Positions 18,347 to 27,301 of a stretch of DNA of 34,719 nucleotides are shown one piece after another; positions within the stretch are counted from its first letter, which is position 1, and every line of letters starts with the position of its first letter. The notes below the pieces were generated by a model, which did not search any database, had not been told where the DNA came from, and was given only the letters and a program-made list of their open reading frames with translations. The translations under genes were made by a program, and so were the position numbers. Location of the stretch: contig JACPSX010000246.1 in NCBI GenBank assembly GCA_016193065.1, positions 1 through 34,719 on the forward strand, given 5' to 3'. The stretch is from Candidatus Tectimicrobiota bacterium (GTDB lineage Bacteria; JACPSX01).

Positions 18347-19225
18347 TTAGGCTACTTTGCCAGCCGCTTTTTCTTTCTGGAGCAAGGCTTGTCCAAACAG
18401 CGCCGCCCCCAGGGCTCCGGCAAGCTGGCTGTCGTACTTGCTCTGGACGGCGCTTATGCCGATGACCTGTTCCAGACGCTTGACGACTCCGGCGTTCTTC
18501 GCAATGCCTCCTGTGATGAAGAATTCCTTCTCCACCCCGATGCGCTCCAGGAGCTCCGAAACTCGCTTTGCCATAGCTAGGCAGTAAGCGGCCAGCACCT
18601 TGCTCTTGGTCCAGCCATCTTTGAGAAGTCCCATGGCCTCGGACTTGGCAAACACCACGCAGGTACTGCTGACCGGCTCAGGCTCCTCGGGAACGTTAAA
18701 CGAAAGCTCCCCGACTTGCTCAATCGGGACGGCCAACAGGTCCGCAATGACCTCCATACCCCGTCCCGTGCCGGCTGCGCATTTATCGTTCATGAGGAAG
18801 TTGGTCACTTTCCCCTTCTCGTCGCAATGGATCGCCTTGCAATCCTGCCCTCCCATATCCAGGATCGTGCGCACGCTGTTGCCGGCCATAAAGTTCGCCC
18901 CCCGGGCATGACAGGCAATTTCCGTAATTGCCTTGTTGGCGAAGGGAACGTTCACGCGCCCGTAGCCAGTGCCGACGACGTATTGGATATTCTCCTGCTT
19001 CATCCCCGTGTCCTGCAAGGCCCATTCGAGCGCCTTGCGGGCGCTGTCCGGGCTGTTGGAGCCGGTGCGCATGCTGGAGTAAGCGTAGAGCTCCCCATCG
19101 GTCGCGATGACCGCCTGCGAGCTCACGGAACCGACGTCAATGCCCGCCGTGATCATCTTGGCAGTTTTCCAATCCTTGTCTGGATCTTTCCAGTTGTATT
19201 CTTTCCATCTCCAGAATTCAGCCAC
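18347..19225 (-). CDS. bzdQ: Benzoyl-CoA reductase, bzd-type, subunit Q (ASKHA ATPase activase)
   Basis: EFWRW.E..W N-terminus, ITAGIDVGSVSSQA, GTGYGRVNVPF, EIACHARGA, DMGGQDCK, MNDKCAAGTGR and STCVVFAKSE. Confidence 0.93.
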   Translation of the reverse strand: MAEFWRWKEYNWKDPDKDWKTAKMITAGIDVGSVSSQAVIATDGELYAYSSMRTGSNSPDSARKALEWALQDTGMKQENIQYVVGTGYGRVNVPFANKAITEIACHARGANFMAGNSVRTILDMGGQDCKAIHCDEKGKVTNFLMNDKCAAGTGRGMEVIADLLAVPIEQVGELSFNVPEEPEPVSSTCVVFAKSEAMGLLKDGWTKSKVLAAYCLAMAKRVSELLERIGVEKEFFITGGIAKNAGVVKRLEQVIGISAVQSKYDSQLAGALGAALFGQALLQKEKAAGKVA

Positions 19226-19242
19226 GGTTAACCTCCTCCCCT

Positions 19243-20019
19243 CTAGTTTCCAGCCGCGCCGGCAACGACGGCAGCCCCCAGAGCTCCCACGTATTCAGGA
19301 TCCTGCGGGACCACGACATTCTCGATCCCCAGCGTCCGCTTGATGGAATCCAAGAACCCTATGTTGTAGGCCACTCCGCCCACCAAAATCACATCCTGCT
19401 CCAAGCCGACCCTGCGCACCATGGCGGAAATTCGGCTGGCGATCGCGTCATGCACTGCCCGGGCAATGTCCTCCTTGGAGGTGTTTGAGTGAATCAGGGA
19501 CACCACTTCGGATTCGGCGAAGACGGTGCATTGGGCGTTCATGGGAATTGACTTGTTTGATTTCAGGGAAATATCCCCGAACTGGGCCAGAGTCACTTCC
19601 AGCGCCCGCGCCATGGACTCCGTGAAAGCTCCCGCCCCGGCGGCGCATTTCTCGTTGACCGCGAAGTCAACGACCTTGCCGTCGGCGTTGGTTTTGATTC
19701 CGCGCCCCTCTTCGGCACCTACATCGATGACCGTGCGGGCAGACGGATGGAGGAAGACAGCTCCCTGTGCATCCGCGCTCACTTCCGTGACCACGGTCTG
19801 GGCAAACGCCACGGCTTTGCGGCCCGCTCCGGTCGCCCCCACCTTGCCCACGGCGCTACGCTCGATCCCGGCCTTGGCGAGCGCTTCTTTATAAGCCTCC
19901 TCGACAGACTGCTCCGTCTCAAAACCGGCCAGCACACTGGTTTTGGCCAAGATCTTGCCACCGTCAAGAAGCACCACCTTGATTGTTTTGGCTCCCACAT
20001 CGATTCCGGCTGTGATCAT
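19243..20019 (-). CDS. bzdP: Benzoyl-CoA reductase, bzd-type, subunit P (ASKHA ATPase activase)
   Basis: MITAGIDVGA, ATGAGR, DVGAEEGR, NEKCAAGAG.F and MNAQCTVFAESEVVSL. Confidence 0.92.
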   Translation of the reverse strand: MITAGIDVGAKTIKVVLLDGGKILAKTSVLAGFETEQSVEEAYKEALAKAGIERSAVGKVGATGAGRKAVAFAQTVVTEVSADAQGAVFLHPSARTVIDVGAEEGRGIKTNADGKVVDFAVNEKCAAGAGAFTESMARALEVTLAQFGDISLKSNKSIPMNAQCTVFAESEVVSLIHSNTSKEDIARAVHDAIASRISAMVRRVGLEQDVILVGGVAYNIGFLDSIKRTLGIENVVVPQDPEYVGALGAAVVAGAAGN

Positions 20020-20031
20020 GACGTTCCTCCC

Positions 20032-21342
20032 TTAATTCTCGAGCTTGTTAAAGCCCAGGCTTTCCATAAAGGAGTCGATGCGGCTTAGAGTTCGTGGGTA
20101 ATCCATTTCCTTCTCGTCGCCCATGTTCCCTTCATAGGTCATCACAGGCACCCCCGCTTTGACGAGCCCAAGCCGGTTTTCCATAATTCCCTTGCTCAAG
20201 CCCTCGCAACCTCGATTCAGGTGCAGGATCACTCCGTTCAGCTTAAACTCCTTGACCATCCTGAGCATTATGTCGGTCTTGATTTGGGGGTCGTAAAAGT
20301 GTTGCCACTCCGGCTTGGAGAGGTTCCAGTCGGCGTAGATCCGCAAGGCTTCTTCCCGGGTGCGAATCTTGATCCCGAGCTGCTCCGGTGTAGGCCGGGG
20401 GCCCCAGGAGCCGTCCGGCTGATCCGCGAAGACCCCTTCCAGTGCGAACGTGTACAGCGAACCCACGGAGACGGCCCCGTATTTCTCCATATAGCGGTAC
20501 ATGGAGAGATAGCTCCACGGCGGCTGAGTGTCCGTGATCAGGCGGCAGCGCTCGGTAGACACCGCGGCAATGCCGCGCGCAATGCGGTCCTTCACCTCAT
20601 CCCTCAGCTCTTCGTAGAAGTCCCCGAACTCTTTGGAATGTTTCGACAGGGTGGCCAGAACGTAGAGAGCATACATCGTTTTCTCTTCCAGAGGAGCCGG
20701 GACTGCCTTGTTGAGCGTGCAAACCTCGGCCCACAGAGAGGTCGTGCGGCACTCATTGTTGACGGCGGCGATAAACTTCTCGTCATCAAATTTGCGTCCT
20801 GTCACCTTCTCCAACCAGGGGATGGACTCCTGCATCTGGTTCACGACATAGGCGATCCTGCCTTCATCCACGTCCTTGTACAGCCCCACGCTCACGTCGA
20901 TGGTGAAATAGGGGATCTGCTTGTATTCGGCCACATGCTGGTACCACTTGTGGTGGCTGCAGCATATCTGGGTCTGAAATGCAAAGTCGGGCTTGGGGAA
21001 CTCACCGCCGAAGGCGTATTTGTTGACATACATGGAGCCCCAGTAGGTTCTCATGTAGGAGCATAGATCCCGCGACCAACCTTTGGCATCGGCCGCGCTC
21101 TGACATTCCGCATTGAGCTTTGGATCGAAGGCCACGGAAGCAGCGTAGGGCTCGCTGGTCAGGGTGTAGACGTCGTCGCCGAGCCCGGCGGGAATCGCGT
21201 CCATTGCCCAGGCCCCGCCGCTCCAGCGGATGCCGCCGCGCTGTTTACACTCCGCATAGTCCTTGTAATACTTCAGGCGCAGCTCCTTGGCCTTATTCCA
21301 GCACTTCAAAGGTTCGGTGGGATATTTCGTTAACGTCGCCAT
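20032..21342 (-). CDS. bzdO: Benzoyl-CoA reductase, bzd-type, subunit O
   Basis: [54 protein letters not shown] and YEGNMGDE (2-hydroxyacyl-CoA dehydratase family). An alternative start at 21360 is possible. Confidence 0.93.
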   Translation of the reverse strand: MATLTKYPTEPLKCWNKAKELRLKYYKDYAECKQRGGIRWSGGAWAMDAIPAGLGDDVYTLTSEPYAASVAFDPKLNAECQSAADAKGWSRDLCSYMRTYWGSMYVNKYAFGGEFPKPDFAFQTQICCSHHKWYQHVAEYKQIPYFTIDVSVGLYKDVDEGRIAYVVNQMQESIPWLEKVTGRKFDDEKFIAAVNNECRTTSLWAEVCTLNKAVPAPLEEKTMYALYVLATLSKHSKEFGDFYEELRDEVKDRIARGIAAVSTERCRLITDTQPPWSYLSMYRYMEKYGAVSVGSLYTFALEGVFADQPDGSWGPRPTPEQLGIKIRTREEALRIYADWNLSKPEWQHFYDPQIKTDIMLRMVKEFKLNGVILHLNRGCEGLSKGIMENRLGLVKAGVPVMTYEGNMGDEKEMDYPRTLSRIDSFMESLGFNKLEN

Positions 21343-21387
21343 GATTTTCTCCCCATTCAAAAATTCGTTGCCGTTTCCATTCCACCC

Positions 21388-22518
21388 CTAGAAGAGATCA
21401 TCCGTTCTCAGCGTCTCCAGGAAAGCTTCAACCCGGATGCGGAATGGCCCCAGAGGGTTCGTGGAGTCGAATTCCAGCCCCAGTGTCGGGATCCCGTTGT
21501 CCTCCAGATACTTCTTGAGGACCGGGTTGTCCCCCTCATGGGGATCGCAGAATTTTTCCTGCATGATGATAGCACCCTGAGCTTTATAGTCCTTGGCCAA
21601 TTGAAGCACGTGGGGAAATCGCTGGCGTTCCGGGTAATCTTTGGTCGGACAAGGAGGCCGCTCTACATACCGATCGCTGATCGTTTGCAGACGATCCGGC
21701 TGGATCCGCGCCTCGTTCCAAAAGTAGCGGGTGCCGGCACACTGCTCATCAATTACTACGGTGGCTCCCACGGATTCCACCATCTTGAAGAACTCCACGT
21801 CGTCGTTCTCGCTCCCCACGGCCATCAGGCGGATCCCCGGGTCCCGGTCGACCGTGCGGTCGGCCACTTCCTCGCTGGCTTCTTCCAGGGCTTTGTTGTG
21901 CTCTTCGTAATCGACAAACTGGGCAGTGGTGGCAATGTAGAGAGCTTCCGTCCCCGTCAATTTCGGCGGGTCGGTTTTCCGGAACTCGTAGATCTTGTGG
22001 AGAAGCCGGCGGTTCTTGTTGGTAAGCTCAATCCCCCTGTCCAGATCTGCGTCCGTGATCTTTTTGCCGGCGTACTCTTCAAGGGCGGCCTTGAATTTCG
22101 CCACCTCCCCCACGTAGTACGACTTCGCCGAGGGGCTCTGGACCATGTTGGGCATCGGCAAGTAGTAAGTGAACTCGGTCGGGATGTGGGCCCTCCAGCT
22201 ATCAAAGGTCTGGCGGTAGTGGATGCAGGAGTGGGCCAGCACGATCCCGTCCAGGTAGTTGAATCTTCCTTTCAGCCCCTGAGCCAGAGAGTCGCGGCAG
22301 AAGGGGCAAAACATTCCGAAGATGTGGGGCTCCGTCACATCCTGGGGCTCATGGCTCCCCAATATGCGGGAGTGGAGCATTCCCGCCGCGGTTAAAATCT
22401 CATCGGGGACGTAGGTGCAAAACGTCCCGATGACCTTGCCCCCGGTCCTCTTTTTCCATTCTCGCGCGTACTCGTGACGATTGTGGTACCAGTGCTCGAA
22501 TTTCTCTAGGGCGGCCAT
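21388..22518 (-). CDS. bzdN: Benzoyl-CoA reductase, bzd-type, subunit N
   Basis: WY.NRHEYAREWK, FCTYVP.EI, RILGSHEPQDVTEPHIFGMFCPFCRD, RPPCPTKD, KFCDPH and GPFRIRVEAFLETL. Confidence 0.93.
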   Translation of the reverse strand: MAALEKFEHWYHNRHEYAREWKKRTGGKVIGTFCTYVPDEILTAAGMLHSRILGSHEPQDVTEPHIFGMFCPFCRDSLAQGLKGRFNYLDGIVLAHSCIHYRQTFDSWRAHIPTEFTYYLPMPNMVQSPSAKSYYVGEVAKFKAALEEYAGKKITDADLDRGIELTNKNRRLLHKIYEFRKTDPPKLTGTEALYIATTAQFVDYEEHNKALEEASEEVADRTVDRDPGIRLMAVGSENDDVEFFKMVESVGATVVIDEQCAGTRYFWNEARIQPDRLQTISDRYVERPPCPTKDYPERQRFPHVLQLAKDYKAQGAIIMQEKFCDPHEGDNPVLKKYLEDNGIPTLGLEFDSTNPLGPFRIRVEAFLETLRTDDLF

Positions 22519-22669
22519 CACATCCCCTCCTCTATCCGTTCGGTCTCTCGAACGTTCGATAGGATAACAGACCCAAAAAAGAACCCTTTTCCACCCCCAT
22601 GTCCTCCATACAACGTGTTCTCCTGCGCTTGTGCCAAGATCAACTGAAAACCCCTCCTGGCTTTCCCTC

Positions 22670-22714
22670 TTGAATGTTCGTTCTAAACCTACCCTTTCCC
22701 CTAACTCCCTTCAA
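22670..22714 (-). promoter_or_regulatory. Putative sigma70 promoter of the bzd operon with an overlapping imperfect palindromic operator
   Basis: Minus strand TTGAAG (22714-22709), 17-nt spacer, TAGGTT (22691-22686), immediately followed by TAGAACGAACATTCAA (22685-22670). Confidence 0.45.
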
Positions 22715-22749
22715 GAATGCAGGTTCCCTATTTTTCTAGTGAGTTTGCA

Positions 22750-22856
22750 CTAGTGCCGTTCCAACTATTTTGGGCTAGGTTCCCGGTTCGCGTAGTCCAT
22801 ATTTTTGCTGCCACGTACATCGCTCAATTGGCCGCATCAAGTTGGAACGGTACTAG
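22750..22856. mobile_element. MITE-like element (107 bp) with 17-bp terminal inverted repeats bounded by CTAG
   Basis: CTAGTGCCGTTCCAACT (22750-22766) versus AGTTGGAACGGTACTAG (22840-22856, reverse complement CTAGTACCGTTCCAACT), 16/17 match. Confidence 0.72.
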
Positions 22857-22877
22857 CACTGTCCCGTGGACCCGGGC

Positions 22878-23675
22878 TCAATAAACCAGGGACCAGGACA
22901 GGAGGCAAAGGCCGACAAAGCCCATCGCGTGGGCTACCCCCAGCCACCCCAGACGCTTAATCTGAAAGCGCCGCGATGATTTCAGAGCCGACCACAGGGC
23001 CTTCAGAGGAGAAGGAACAAACGGGAGAAGAAACGCCGGGGGGAGAAAGGAAAACAGGGAAAGGACGAAAACACCCGCCAGAATAGCGGCAAAGGCTGTG
23101 CAAGCAGTTCCTCGCAGGATGGGGCGGCGCAATCGCAAGGATTGCACTCTCATCTGCACGTAACAGACCTCGGAACCAAAAAAAGCCGCGTTCAGGATCC
23201 ATAGAATCAGCGCCCGGGAATCCAGAACTCCGGTAGCCACGTAGTAAGCTCCCGGGGCCGTCAGGGTAAGCCCCACGGCTGCCAAGAGCTGATTGGACAA
23301 AGCACGATCCCGGCGCTCTCTGACAGCCCGCAAATGAAAGGGAAGAAAGGAGAGGCCCGCACCGCCGATCAGGAGAAGAAGCGGGCGTTGGTAAAGAGCC
23401 AGCAAGGGGAAAAGGAAAAGAAGGGACATCCCACTATAGGTTAGAAACCAGATCCAAAGGTTCCTGCGCCAGACCTCCGGAGATTTTCCGGCCGGGACCC
23501 CGAGCACCATACTGACCAGCGGAGCCCGGGCCGTAAAGGCAAACAGTGCCGCAAAGACGAAGAGAACCGTGGAGCCGGTGAATTTCCCGCCCGCCGCAGT
23601 GCCAATGAGAAGGGGGATCAGGAAAATCGCCCAGCCCCCGTGTTCTTTGGGAAAAGGAACCTCGCCCCACCTCAT
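22878..23675 (-). CDS. YwiC-like family membrane protein
   Basis: N-terminal P.EHG.W signature, multiple transmembrane helices, YVQMR and C-terminal IKRLGWL. Confidence 0.8.
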   Translation of the reverse strand: MRWGEVPFPKEHGGWAIFLIPLLIGTAAGGKFTGSTVLFVFAALFAFTARAPLVSMVLGVPAGKSPEVWRRNLWIWFLTYSGMSLLFLFPLLALYQRPLLLLIGGAGLSFLPFHLRAVRERRDRALSNQLLAAVGLTLTAPGAYYVATGVLDSRALILWILNAAFFGSEVCYVQMRVQSLRLRRPILRGTACTAFAAILAGVFVLSLFSFLPPAFLLPFVPSPLKALWSALKSSRRFQIKRLGWLGVAHAMGFVGLCLLSWSLVY

Positions 23676-23731
23676 CAAACGCCGCTCTCTCCCTGCAGCA
23701 AATGCACCCTCTCAAACGCTGCGGCGGAGAA

Positions 23732-25309
23732 TTATTTCGCCCTGAAGCCCGCCAGCTCCTGGAGGAGGCGCCAGTTGGAGAGGCGGTCCTCCTGGGCTTT
23801 CAAAAGAGTTTCAGAAGGGGTTCCATCCTTTTTAAACTGTTTGGCAAAGCGCCTCTCGGTGCGGGCAAAGGCAACAAAGTCGAATATCTCTCCCGTCTTG
23901 GGATTCTTATACCAGTCCTCTTTCTGGGCCGGGTTCCCCTGCAAGGAGAGGCGGTCCTGGAGCCGGGGCCCCTTACGGGGATCATGGATAAAGATCGGAA
24001 AAGCCCGGGAATCGACGGCCATCCGGGCCTGCTCGAAGGACTGGTCGTCGGCCACGCCATGCTCGGGCTGGCAGGTGGAGTAGACGTTGACCAGAGCCGG
24101 GCCCGGATACTCGTTGGCGGTCATTATGGCCCGGTAGAAGTGGTTAATGTGGGCCGGCGTGGTCTGGGCCACATACACGTCCGGGTGCATCATGGCGATG
24201 TTCCCCAGCTCCTTGCGGCGCTCCAACTTGCCCATCTGGGCCGAGCCGATCATGGACATTTTGGCATCCTGTCCCAGGAAGGAACTCGTGGAAGTTTGCC
24301 CGCCCGTGTTGGAATAAACCTGGGTGTCGAGAACAATAACGTTCACATTCATCCCGGACATGAAGAGCCGGGAGAGAGCCTGGAAGCCGATGTCCAGCAT
24401 GGCTCCGTCCCCACCAATAGCCCAGAGCTTTTTATCCCGGTACCCCATCTGATCCCAGCGGGCCCGAACCCCCATGGCCAGCGTGGCCACGTTCTCAAAC
24501 AGGGAGTTGGACCAGGGGACCAGGAAAGGATTGTAAGGGTACGTCGAGCCGTAAACTGTATTGCATCCTGTGGCTGCTACCAGTCCCACGCTGTTCGGTC
24601 CGTAGACAAACCCGGTGGCGGCGAGCATCATGCGCAGGCCGGTGGCCTCTCCGCACCCCATACAGGATCCCGCCCCTCCCACAAACAGCAGGGAGCGGTC
24701 CGCTAGCATCATGTCAGCCAGGACTTTTTCCTGAATATAACGTTCCGGAGTCGGCGGCAGTGCGCGGAAAAATGCAAAGGCCCGGCGATATTCGTCCAGG
24801 TTTTCCGGAGTCTTCCTGATCATTTCCAGGGCCAGATGGTCTCCGCACACTTCCACGCATTCACCGCACCCCTTGCACTTCGTCGGATCCACGAAGATCC
24901 CGAAATATCCTCCTTCTTCGCCCTTCTTTTCCGGATTCCCGAAGTACTTGGTGGTCTCGGCAAACCGGGACTTCAGAATCCTCGAATCGACTTCGCTCGG
25001 GAGATCCGCGAGCTTTTTCTCCAGCGTGCTTTTGGAAACCACCCGCCCGAGGATCGCCGTATCCGGGCAAGCCACGACGCACTCCATGCACCCCACACAC
25101 TTCTCGGCGATAAGCCGGGGCATTTCCGGGGCAATGTAGCTGAAGTCCCGCAGCGTGCCCGTTCCAGGCGCAATGAGGCTGCGGGCAGCGTCCAGGTCCG
25201 CGGGCAACTCCTCCTCAGCCGTGCCCGCATTGTAGGTCCCCACGATCCGCTCGTTAAAATCGGCTACATTGATGAACTCTTCCATCGTGCCGCTCTTTTC
25301 TCCGTTCAT
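23732..25309 (-). CDS. 2-oxoacid (pyruvate-type):ferredoxin oxidoreductase, fused delta (2x4Fe-4S) + beta (TPP-binding) subunit
   Basis: CVGCMECVVACP, CKGCGECVEVC, GSCMGCGE, ATGCNTVYGS, GGDGAMLDIG and DTQVYSNTGGQ. Confidence 0.9.
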   Translation of the reverse strand: MNGEKSGTMEEFINVADFNERIVGTYNAGTAEEELPADLDAARSLIAPGTGTLRDFSYIAPEMPRLIAEKCVGCMECVVACPDTAILGRVVSKSTLEKKLADLPSEVDSRILKSRFAETTKYFGNPEKKGEEGGYFGIFVDPTKCKGCGECVEVCGDHLALEMIRKTPENLDEYRRAFAFFRALPPTPERYIQEKVLADMMLADRSLLFVGGAGSCMGCGEATGLRMMLAATGFVYGPNSVGLVAATGCNTVYGSTYPYNPFLVPWSNSLFENVATLAMGVRARWDQMGYRDKKLWAIGGDGAMLDIGFQALSRLFMSGMNVNVIVLDTQVYSNTGGQTSTSSFLGQDAKMSMIGSAQMGKLERRKELGNIAMMHPDVYVAQTTPAHINHFYRAIMTANEYPGPALVNVYSTCQPEHGVADDQSFEQARMAVDSRAFPIFIHDPRKGPRLQDRLSLQGNPAQKEDWYKNPKTGEIFDFVAFARTERRFAKQFKKDGTPSETLLKAQEDRLSNWRLLQELAGFRAK

Positions 25310-25318
25310 AACGCCCCC

Positions 25319-27301
25319 TCAAACTTTTGCAGAAGGGTCCTTGCCCCCGGCGACAACCGGAGCGAGGTGCCCATCGATGACTTCTCTGGGAATCTCAAAG
25401 ACCTCCTCGAAACCCCGGCGGACCGCCTTCAAGTTGTCACGCACGACCTGATCCCCTCTGCGCCCGAAGTACTTGCGCAGGGACTTCTCCACTCCCCTGA
25501 AGAGATCTTCTTCGCTCAGACCCAGACGCTCCCGGAAAGGAGTGAAGCGCAGAAAAATCCCCAGGAGAACGATCCCCTGCATGCGCTGGATCAGGTCGGG
25601 ACTGGTAGCCACCTCGCGGGCAATTTGCACGGTATCCAGGACCAGGACCCGGATCTTCTTATTCCGGATATTGCTCCGAGCGTGCTCGGGAACGTCGGCC
25701 CAGACGTCTTCGGGAGTCGTCTTGTCCGTCTGGATAAAGACCATCCCACCGCTGCTGAGACCAGCCAGGGGGTTGCCCTGCTGAAACGCGTTGACGTCGT
25801 TGAGAGGGACAAAGTCCACCTGCTCCAGCTCGCAGTGGGTGCGCACTTTTTCCGGCGCCGCCGTCAGGTAATAGGTGGTCGGCAACCCCTTTTTCTCCGA
25901 CCCATACTTGGGGTAAGCCTGAACCTGAAGGCTGAAGAGGTCCTCCACAATTGTGGCAATGACCTTGTTGGTAGTCACGGAACCGTAGCCCCCCACCGAA
26001 TGGCCCCGCATGGAAAAAGCTTGCGGCGGCCTCACGTCGGGATCTTTCTGACGAGCAAGAGCCAGAGGGTGCTTAATCCCCAGGACGAAGAACCGTTTTC
26101 CGTTGGGAAGGGTCATGTTCTTCGCGGCGGCAATGAAGTCCCCCGGCCGTACGTCCCGGCTGCCCAGTCCCGCAGAGCCGGAATAGATGGCTGGAACCCG
26201 AGCAACCTGCGGATATCCGGGCGCTCCCTGAACGGCATCGGCAAAAGCCGCCTTGATCTCCGCGGTCAGGGGGTTGGATTGGGCGAGGGGGATATCCAGA
26301 CGCTCAACCACCGCGAAAGCTTTCAGGTGGGCCAGAGCCGAGACAATCTGGGCTCCGGGAAAGGGCCGGAAAGCAGTCACGTGGAGCACTCCCACTTTGA
26401 TCCCTTCGTTGTCCCGCAGCCAGTCCGCCGTGGCCATGGCCGTTTCCATGTACGTCCCCATTCCCACAATGGCGTACTCGGCATCTTCCAGGCGGTAGGT
26501 CTGGACCATATCGTACCGCCTCCCGCTGAGTCGGTAAAATTCCTCCAAGGCCGCCTGGAGCGCTCCTGGGACCTTATCGTAGTAATAGCGCTGGGCGATT
26601 TTGCCTTTCATGTAGCTATCCTGATTCTGGACCACCCCGCTCATAACCGGGTGCTCGGGATCCATCAGGCAGCGCAGCTTGTCCGAGGGGGCCCCCACGA
26701 ACTGCCTCATCATCTCGGGTTCGGGGAGTCGAACGCTTTCAATCGTGTGGGTGGTCAGGAAGCCATCTTGAATGTTCAGAAAGGGAGTCAAGGAGTCCTC
26801 GGCAGCCCGGCGCGCAATGAGGGACAGATCGGCCGCATCCTGGGCATTTTTCGCAAAGAGCATCCCCCAACCCGCGTCCGCCACGGCCATCACGTCATCG
26901 TGGCCGGCGTGGATGTTCAGGGAGTGGGAGGTGAGGGCCCTGGCGCCGATGTGGAAGACGATGGGGAGACGCTTACCGGAAATTGTGAAGAGCACCTCTT
27001 TCATGAGCACCAGTCCCTGACCCGAGGTAAAGTTCGTTACCCTGCCTCCGGCCAGAGCAAAACCTTCACAGGCAGAAGCCGAGCTGTGCTCCGATTCCGG
27101 CTCCAGAAACACCAGGGTTTCTCCCCACAGGTTCTTTTTGCCGTTGGCGACTTCCTCCTGGAATCCTGTGCCCATATTGGTCGAGGGGGTGATGGGGTAC
27201 GCGCAAGCCCCCTGCGCAATGTGAGACTCCACCCAGACGACGACGCTGGATCCATCGGCCGTGGTGGGGATGCCGGGATAGGGGAAGGTCTTCTCTATCA
27301 T
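25319..27301 (-). CDS. 2-oxoacid (pyruvate-type):ferredoxin oxidoreductase, fused alpha + gamma subunit
   Basis: YPITPST, ESEH, TNFTSGQGL, HIGARAL, QDGFLTTH, FRPFP, GLGSRD, HSVGGYGSVT and YGSEKKGLPT. Confidence 0.9.
   Translation of the reverse strand: MIEKTFPYPGIPTTADGSSVVVWVESHIAQGACAYPITPSTNMGTGFQEEVANGKKNLWGETLVFLEPESEHSSASACEGFALAGGRVTNFTSGQGLVLMKEVLFTISGKRLPIVFHIGARALTSHSLNIHAGHDDVMAVADAGWGMLFAKNAQDAADLSLIARRAAEDSLTPFLNIQDGFLTTHTIESVRLPEPEMMRQFVGAPSDKLRCLMDPEHPVMSGVVQNQDSYMKGKIAQRYYYDKVPGALQAALEEFYRLSGRRYDMVQTYRLEDAEYAIVGMGTYMETAMATADWLRDNEGIKVGVLHVTAFRPFPGAQIVSALAHLKAFAVVERLDIPLAQSNPLTAEIKAAFADAVQGAPGYPQVARVPAIYSGSAGLGSRDVRPGDFIAAAKNMTLPNGKRFFVLGIKHPLALARQKDPDVRPPQAFSMRGHSVGGYGSVTTNKVIATIVEDLFSLQVQAYPKYGSEKKGLPTTYYLTAAPEKVRTHCELEQVDFVPLNDVNAFQQGNPLAGLSSGGMVFIQTDKTTPEDVWADVPEHARSNIRNKKIRVLVLDTVQIAREVATSPDLIQRMQGIVLLGIFLRFTPFRERLGLSEEDLFRGVEKSLRKYFGRRGDQVVRDNLKAVRRGFEEVFEIPREVIDGHLAPVVAGGKDPSAKV

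Noticed and set aside
22620-22637. TTGGCAC on the minus strand as a sigma54 -24 box for bzdN
   Set aside because: No TTGC/-12 GC at the required spacing.
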